Below, one piece after another: positions 47,261-64,000 of a stretch of 64,000 bases of DNA (positions within the stretch are counted from its first letter, which is position 1; every line of letters begins with the position of its first letter). The stretch is taken from NCBI RefSeq assembly GCF_001194135.2, contig NC_068990.1:88892802-88956801 (forward strand). Reading direction: 5' to 3'. A program made the translations under genes and the position numbers. Origin of the DNA: Octopus bimaculoides (lineage: Eukaryota). The notes under the pieces are model-generated. The model saw nothing but the letters and a program-made list of their open reading frames with translations. It was not told the origin of the DNA and made no database searches.

Positions 47261-48154
47261 TAAACTGTTAACTGCCTCCTGGATATAAGAACGAATAGAG
47301 CATGTATATTAATATTAAAATCTTTAATTATACTTAAATTGACTAATATTAATATATTAGTCATTATGTTCTTATTTGAAGATTATGTTAGGTGAGAGAA
47401 AGATAAATACAGCATTATAAGAAAAGTAAGCTTGGTAGGAGAAAATCAAATTTCATATTTAGATTTAGCATAAAAATTATATACTTAAAACATCAATAAA
47501 AACGTGTTTCTATGTATCAAATGTTCATCAGGGTCGGCTAAACATACAAAAGGCAACTTCATCTTTGTGTGTTACAACCAAAGAATAAATGATATGTTGG
47601 TAGATAGAAAGGGTGATAAATCTACTCTCGCGCATTAATCAGCATAGTGAAAGAATTGCTCTTTGACCAAAATAAAAAAAAAGCAAAAACAAAAAACGGG
47701 GTCGACACAAGGAAGAAGAAAGCTAATCGGACCCTCGTATTTATATTCTTCATAACTAAATTAAGTCAAGCCGAAAACAAAGGACTTTTCTTTTCTAGTC
47801 AGTCTTGACCGATGTATAACTGGAAAAGGTCCAAGATGTCTGCTTAGCACAAAAAGCGGGAACAGTTGGCTGAAGACTTGTTTGAAACTGTGGATTCGAT
47901 TTCGAATCCTAACTTAAAAAGTTGGAAGCTGTCGGCTACATATATTATTTCACAATATATGCATATTGTAAGTTAACATGACGCTGCTACCAAGTTGCGA
48001 TAAAAGATTACTTTATCAAGGCTGTATGTTTAAGAAGTTCACTTCATAACCAAGAGGTTTCGCTTCAGTGTCTAACTGACAGGCACCTTCTGTTGCAACA
48101 CTGGGTTGTCCAAATCCTTATGAATATGATTGGAGAAAAATGGGAAGAAGCCTG

Positions 48155-48194
<40 letters not shown>

Positions 48195-48656
48195 TATATA
48201 TATATATATGTATGTATACACACACGCGCGCGGGTGCGTTTTGTTTGCAATGTCCTGTACCCAGATATGCACCTATATATACAGGTAGACGTAGGTATGC
48301 ACATACCTGTACGTATATATGCATATACTCATTTATTATTTGTTATATATATATATAATATAATATAGGATAAATTCTTTATAAGAATTTATCAAGTAGT
48401 CAGCGTGAAAAAACCTCATAATGAAAAAAATAATGAAAAAAATTCATCATTTTTTTCATAAATATATATAAATCATTTATATAAAGGGCATTAACTGTGT
48501 AGTAATGCCTCACGCTTCGAGGGACTAAATAAGTCAAAAACTACCAAAAAATAAGCAAATATATATATACATAAATCGCAGTGTACAGTATTATATACTT
48601 ACTCTACTGACAGGTATACGAGTGCATTTTTATTTGACTTATATACTCTTAAACGG

Positions 48657-48721
<65 letters not shown>

Positions 48722-49718
48722 CATTCTTATAGGAGGAAGTTTGAAATTATCTTGTCACCCAAAACCGTAATTCCTTCAAACGAGCATGGATTTCGGCTCC
48801 ACTTTTTCCGTTGCACTTTTGATTTTCCTTTGAAATTTTTTAAAACATTTCCTTTTTCAAAACTGAAAAGATGGGGTACTATTATTTTTATTTTAAGCCG
48901 TAACCTACGATGCTTGAAACATTCACATCCGATGAAATTACCGTTTTTGACGTACTAGATCATTTCAGCCCCATTGCATAAGCGCGTTCGACCCATACAG
49001 GTATAGAAAAGTAGATTTTAAAACGACGACGACGACGACGTTGATAATGATGATGGTAATGCTGAGGATTCTTATTATCATCTTATTCATAGTGTGCGAT
49101 TTGTATATGAAGTGTTTTACTCGAAACATGCATAAAAGTGTTCAAGACAAAGAAAATGTGTTAAATGTCCTCGATATTACATTTTTTTTCTGGAACTTCT
49201 TTATATCTATTAGGAATTTTGGGGTATTCTGATTCGACTAAGATGTAGCTATCTCACTCTTCTGTTGGTGGGTTGCTTAGATTAATTTTGCGTACTAAAT
49301 TTTGAACTACGGAGTGTCGGCGTCCATCTAGGTGTATGTAGGTTCTACAAGGTGGAACAATCTATCCAACTGTAAGTAGGTCCTGCAAGGTGGTGCAGTC
49401 TATCGAGCTGTAAGTAGTGGTATAGAGTGTTACAGTACAGAGTGATACAAAGTGGTTCCTTCCTCGGATGTGATGTCATTGTTTAACTCAAGGTCAGCGC
49501 TTATTGAGAATTAGTCTTTCAAGGATGTTTTTCCTGCTGCTGAAAACTTGCGTTTATTCAGAAGGAACACCAGCAGCTTTGATTTCGCCTGTCTATATCT
49601 CACAGTGGACAAACAACAATAACAGTAGTAGCAGCAGCAAGTGTAAATAAAAGAGTGAAAGAAAGGAGCATATCTGCCATTTAAAAGTATCACGGTGCCA
49701 CTCTGAGACGACTCATGA

Positions 49719-49845
<127 letters not shown>

Positions 49846-49934
49846 CATGTACACATATATACACACCAGCTGAAAGATATCACTCATATCATCAGCAGCT
49901 ACTAAAAAATGTTTACATAATACTACTTTCCCAT

Positions 49935-50150
49935 AAGCCGGCGAGCTGGCAGAAATGTTAGCATGCCGGACGAAATGCTTAGCGGTATTTCGTCTGCCAT
50001 TACGTTCTGAGTTCAAATTCCACCAAGGTCGACTTTGCTTTTCATCCTTTCCAGGTCGATAAATTAAGTACCAGTTGGACACTGGAGTCGATCTAATCGA
50101 TTGCCCTACCCTCTCTCAAAATTTCAGGCCTTGTGCCTAGAGTAGAAAAG
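49935..50150 (+). mobile_element. SINE (second family), near full length
   Basis: GGCGAGCTGGCAGAAATGTTAGCATGCCGGACGAAATGCTTAGC..TTTCAGGCCTTGTGCCTAGAGTAGAAAAG. Confidence 0.85.
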
Positions 50151-50989
50151 AATACTAGAATAGTACTGGTGGAACATACTAACAAAAACAGTATCTTGAT
50201 TTATACACAACAGGCCGGATAAGGTTATATGGGACAGGGAGTAAAAGTCATGCATCGGTGTAGAAATTAACTGGCCAGTGGATGTGGATGTCTCTTCAAA
50301 ACTTAAGAAAAGGAGAGCATAAACGGAGAACCGATGAGAAACCTTCAACTTTTATATATTCAGGTTACAGAATTTAATATGTTCCTATTATCATAGCTGC
50401 ACTGGGCTACGTAAAAACTAATTTGCACAGAAACCTATAAATGGTTTGGTTTTCAAAAAAAGAACATAGCAAACTGTTTCTCATTCTCCAGATACAGGCG
50501 ATCAGATGAAAGCAAAAATTTGTAAAATATTTCATGAGTTTTTAGTTCCTGATTCATGGGTCAATATTTGCACGCAGCCACATATAGACATGCAATACAT
50601 ATACACGCACTCGCATAAACAGTAATAAAACATACATACATGTATTGCATTGTGGCACGTATATCCCCGAGTGTAAGTTTATCCACATGGCCCACACATG
50701 CATTCAACATGCATATATATATAAATGGCAACGTCAACCATTTTAGGTAATAACAGGAAAATGCTTTTTAGTTTATTGGAGTTACGCCTCTTAGTTTGGC
50801 TGCAAAAAGGGTCACGACATGACAGAATATAGGGTGGTGTTGAGCCCGAGGTGAGGACGGAGTTGGATAAAGAGCTGGAGTTGGAGAGTGGGAAGTGAGG
50901 ATGATGGGGGAGTTAATTTTAAATTCATGTGTGATCACGTACATATATATGTGCGTATGCGTACATATGTATGTATGTGTATATTATAT

Positions 50990-51024
<35 letters not shown>

Positions 51025-51296
51025 TTCATACATCGACTATAATTTGTACAAATGTGTAAACTAAAAAGAATTAAACAATTAAGACAGTTGTGTAATCTTT
51101 ATTCAGCCTAAATTTATATATATATATAGAGATGTACAAAAAAATTATGACCAGTTGCATATGTATAGTGGAAACACGTGTAGGTTGTTGTAACAATAAA
51201 AATATGCTGTATGACGTAAAATAAAAGGAAATAATTATAGAGATACGCTACTCTCCATATTCTCTATCGTTATAATTATTGCTTATATACATACAT

Positions 51297-51372
<76 letters not shown>

Positions 51373-51482
51373 ATTTGGAGATGGTCATATTACCAGTTTA
51401 GCCAATAAAAACACACGCGCTGTATATTTAGTGTTAATTTGCTTCAGCTTTATATTACATTACATTACATTAATCCTATTTC

Positions 51483-51527
51483 GGCCAGAGTTCTTTCGTC
51501 ACACTTCTGTGACCTCATCAGTGGTCC
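51483..51527 (-). ncRNA. Type-I hammerhead ribozyme-like motif, mirror copy
   Basis: GGACCA-CUGAUGA-G-GUCACA(GAAG)UGUGAC-GAAA-G(AA)C-UC-UGGCC; helix I pairs better (5 bp with one bulged A). Confidence 0.65.
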
Positions 51528-52041
51528 TTTGCTTTCTTCTTTCTTATGTGTGTCCCTCCTTGCTAACGATCAGCCATTTTGTATTTTGTATTCCTATTGT
51601 ATGTGTCTACGCATGCGTATCCCTCTTTGTGTGTCTATGTTTTGTAAGTGCATGTGTGTGTATGAGGAGTGCCTGTATTATCTATATCCTCTGTTAATAC
51701 ATGTTCGTTTATTTTTGTTTTTATTTATTTGTTCATATGTTTATACCTACTTTTGTTTGTTTTTTGTTTTGTTTTTGTTTTTTTTTGTATTTAATTTAAT
51801 TTAATTTTTAATTTAATTTTAATTTAATTTTTTAAATCTAATTTTAATTTAATTTAATAAACGAACATGTATTAACAGAGGATATAGATAATACAGGCAC
51901 TCCCCATACACACACATGCACTTACAAAGCATAGACACACAAAGAGGGATACGCATGCGTAGACACATACAATAGGAATACAAAATACAAAATGGCTGAT
52001 CGTTAGCAAGGAGGGACACACATAAGAAAGAAGAAAGTAAA

Positions 52042-52086
52042 GGACCACTGATGAGGTCACAGAAGTGTGACGAAAGAACTCTGACC
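52042..52086 (+). ncRNA. Type-I hammerhead ribozyme-like motif (minimal, PLE type)
   Basis: GGACCA-CUGAUGA-G-GUCACA(GAAG)UGUGAC-GAAA-G(AA)C-UC-UGACC: catalytic core, perfect 6-bp helix II, minimal helix III, CUC cleavage triplet, imperfect helix I. Confidence 0.6.
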
Positions 52087-52557
52087 GAAATAGGATGAAT
52101 GTAATGTAATATAAAGCTGAAGCAAATTAACATCAAATATACAGTGTGTGTGTGTTTTTATTGGCTAAACTGGCAATATGACCGTCCCCAAGTACAACAA
52201 CATCTGTTTCAACACACGATTTCACATAAAAAATCTAGCAAAACAAATATATAATCGGAATATATATANNNNNNNNNNNNNNNNNNNNNNNNNNNNNNNN
52301 NNNNNNNNNNNNNNNNNNNNNNNNNNNNNNNNNNNNNNNNNNNNNNNNNNNNNNNNNNNNNNNNNNNNNNNNNNNNNNNNNNNNNNNNNNNNNNNNNNNN
52401 NNNNNNNNNNNNNNNNNNNNNNNNNNNNNNNNNNNNNNNNNNNNNNNNNNNNNNNNNNNNNNNNNNNNNNNNNNNNNNNNNNNNNNNNNNNNNNNNNNNN
52501 NNNNNNNNNNNNNNNNNNNNNNNNNNNNNNNNNNNNNNNNNATATATATATATATAT

Positions 52558-52594
<37 letters not shown>

Positions 52595-52980
52595 GATATA
52601 TAGATATAGTCGTCTAATCGTTCATAAATCAGAAAGAACAGGAACTCGTACACTTATTACTAGAGTATGTATATTAACCTTTATACTACGTAGTATTATA
52701 GATCCATCTCAGCCGTTTTTAGAAATCGTTTCGCACATGAATTAGTGATAACATTGAACGGCGCTCGTCAGTGGGGCTAGTATGAAAATTATAGTGATAG
52801 CTCTCCGCTAGTGAAAAACCGAACGAAGCAATAGAAGTTCAGTATAAGGTTTCTGAAAGAGTTATATTCCTTGTACAAGATGATTAAGTGATAGGTAACT
52901 ACCTAACAAAACAGCAATGATCAAAAATAGATGTAATTTGGTTTAAAAAGAAAATTCATAAAAAGTTTCAAACGATGAGT

Positions 52981-62584
<9,604 letters not shown>

Positions 62585-63589
62585 CTGAAAGAAAATAAAA
62601 CATCAATGTTGCATAGTTTGTATCAATACATTAGCCATATGTCCCTACATTACACAGAACTACGAAACGCATTTTAGTCATCAAGCATTACACAACACAT
62701 TGCAGTCATCCTTATGACCAACACCAAAGAACATCATTATAACTGTAACACTGAACAAGCCTATCATAGCACCCATAGAAGAAATTGGTGAGCATTCAAG
62801 CATGCTATTGCATGTGGGGAATAGAGTTAATATTGGAAAAGTGATATAGTAATAGGTAAAATGTTTAAACATAATAGGACTTAGTCAGAGAAAGGAGGAC
62901 GTGGACCATGATCATTTTACAGGTCCTCTGAGACTAGTGAGAAAGAGCTAGGAAAAGTTATCCGCCGACCAGAACCCTTATGAATAGACTGGGATGACTG
63001 GGTGCAAACATTTTGGTTCTTACCATTTAATACAACCAGTTTTTTTGACCAGACCTAATTTGGTACCAACCTATTTCGCGCCAGATGTTTTGATATTAGA
63101 AAATAACATGTTGGACTAATTAGTCATTATTCACAGTTATAGATGGAAAGAAATATTCAACAATAATTTATATTTGTATCCATTTGTATAAAGTTTATTT
63201 AGTTCTTCCTTTGGTAATTATGAATAAGGCTTCTCAGATACCCGATAGTATCCGATACTTTCACAGCGAATAAAAGTTTCACACACGTAATTATGAGTAT
63301 ACGACGATACATATTTAAACGTGTATATATGTAGATACAAAGGAATCTAATACTCGCAATTTTTTCTTTATCATATTTCGTTAATACTTCTTCAATCATC
63401 ATATATATAAATGAATGATATTTAATTAAAAATATACGAAGGGATGTCATAAGAACATAGCGCCTTTGGCAGTATCAGATGTTGGGAAGAGCAGTAGCGT
63501 TACTTGTTGCCCAAGTAAAGAGCTAAAACAGATGTAGAGGTTGAGTAATTTAATAGCTTCAGCTCTTTAAAGATTTATAAAATACTAGT

Positions 63590-63830
63590 TATATTTAATA
63601 CTAGGTGCAACTTCAGAAATCAGTCCCATTGTCCGTTATTAGGAAATTGTTGCACCCGTAACGTAGTGTACAGATGCACTATAAGTACAATAACCGAGAA
63701 TTATATTTACATAGAATGTAGTATTAATGTGAAACAGAGAATATATAACCATAAGACTTCTTTTAGACTAAGACATAAGGCAAATAGTACGACATTAAAA
63801 GATAATGGTATTAATTTTAGCCTTAAATGG
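63590..63830 (+). mobile_element. Penelope-like element GIY-YIG endonuclease fragment
   Basis: RCNFRNQSHCPLLGNCCTRNVVYRCTIST..YIYIECSINVKQRIYNHKTSFRLRHKANSTTL..FSLKWEI; upstream 63170-63590 probably belongs to the same element. Confidence 0.8.
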
Positions 63831-64000
63831 GAAATTTCTGCTTTTGGCAAAATCGTATTTGGGGAAATTTCTGCTAGAAATAGCAGCTAAATCACCGTTT
63901 TTGGCAAAGTCATATTTGGTGAAATTTCTGCTTTTGACAAAATCATATTTGGGGAAATTTCTGCTAGAAATAGCAGCTAAATCACCATTTTTGACAAAAT
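63831..64000. repeat. 90-bp tandem repeat with internal ~33-bp sub-repeat, running off the window
   Basis: GAAATTTCTGCTTTTG at 63831 and 63921; GAAATTTCTGCTAGAAATAGCAGCTAAATCACC twice. Confidence 0.85.

Larger units (their letters stand above)
51366..52200. mobile_element. Large palindrome: two ~345-bp inverted arms (51366-51713, 51856-52200) around a 142-bp T-rich spacer; Penelope pseudo-LTR/retrozyme-like
   Basis: Arms are reverse complements with only scattered substitutions; each contains a hammerhead-like core. Confidence 0.85.

Noticed and set aside
52715-52780. Minus-strand CUGACGA-GCGC..GUGC-GAAA hammerhead-like core in the 3' flank of copy B
   Set aside because: No helix I or helix III partner with a UH triplet found in type I or type III topology.
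62585-64000. Search for exon 1 of cathepsin copy B
   Set aside because: No signal-peptide exon found; intron 1 is 2.3 kb in copy A and has a Penelope insertion here, so the exon is probably outside the window.

Overview
AT-rich (roughly one-third GC), microsatellite-laden, intron-containing animal genomic DNA from a gapped draft scaffold (7 N-runs). The SINE families and dense (CA)n/(TA)n/(CATA)n tracts look like an octopod cephalopod (Octopus sp.); this is inferred, not verified. Three protein-coding loci are well supported. (1) An intronless, divergent kinesin light chain-like ORF (20290-21741, +), probably a retrogene. (2) A complete 7-exon cathepsin L-like gene, copy A (35642-44846, -, 324 aa, catalytic Q/C/H/N intact). 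(3) A tandem paralog, copy B (52981-62584, -); its first exon is probably beyond the window and its exon 5 probably lies in an N-gap. The rest is mostly decayed transposons (maT/Tc1/mariner, Chapaev3, CR1/Jockey-like, RTE, R4/Dong, Penelope, a SWIM-finger protein relic), SINEs, MITEs and tandem repeats. The most notable non-coding structure is a ~835-bp palindrome (51366-52200) whose two ~345-bp arms each carry a type-I hammerhead-ribozyme-like motif, one per strand. All coordinates, translations and counts were read by hand; no database searches were run.
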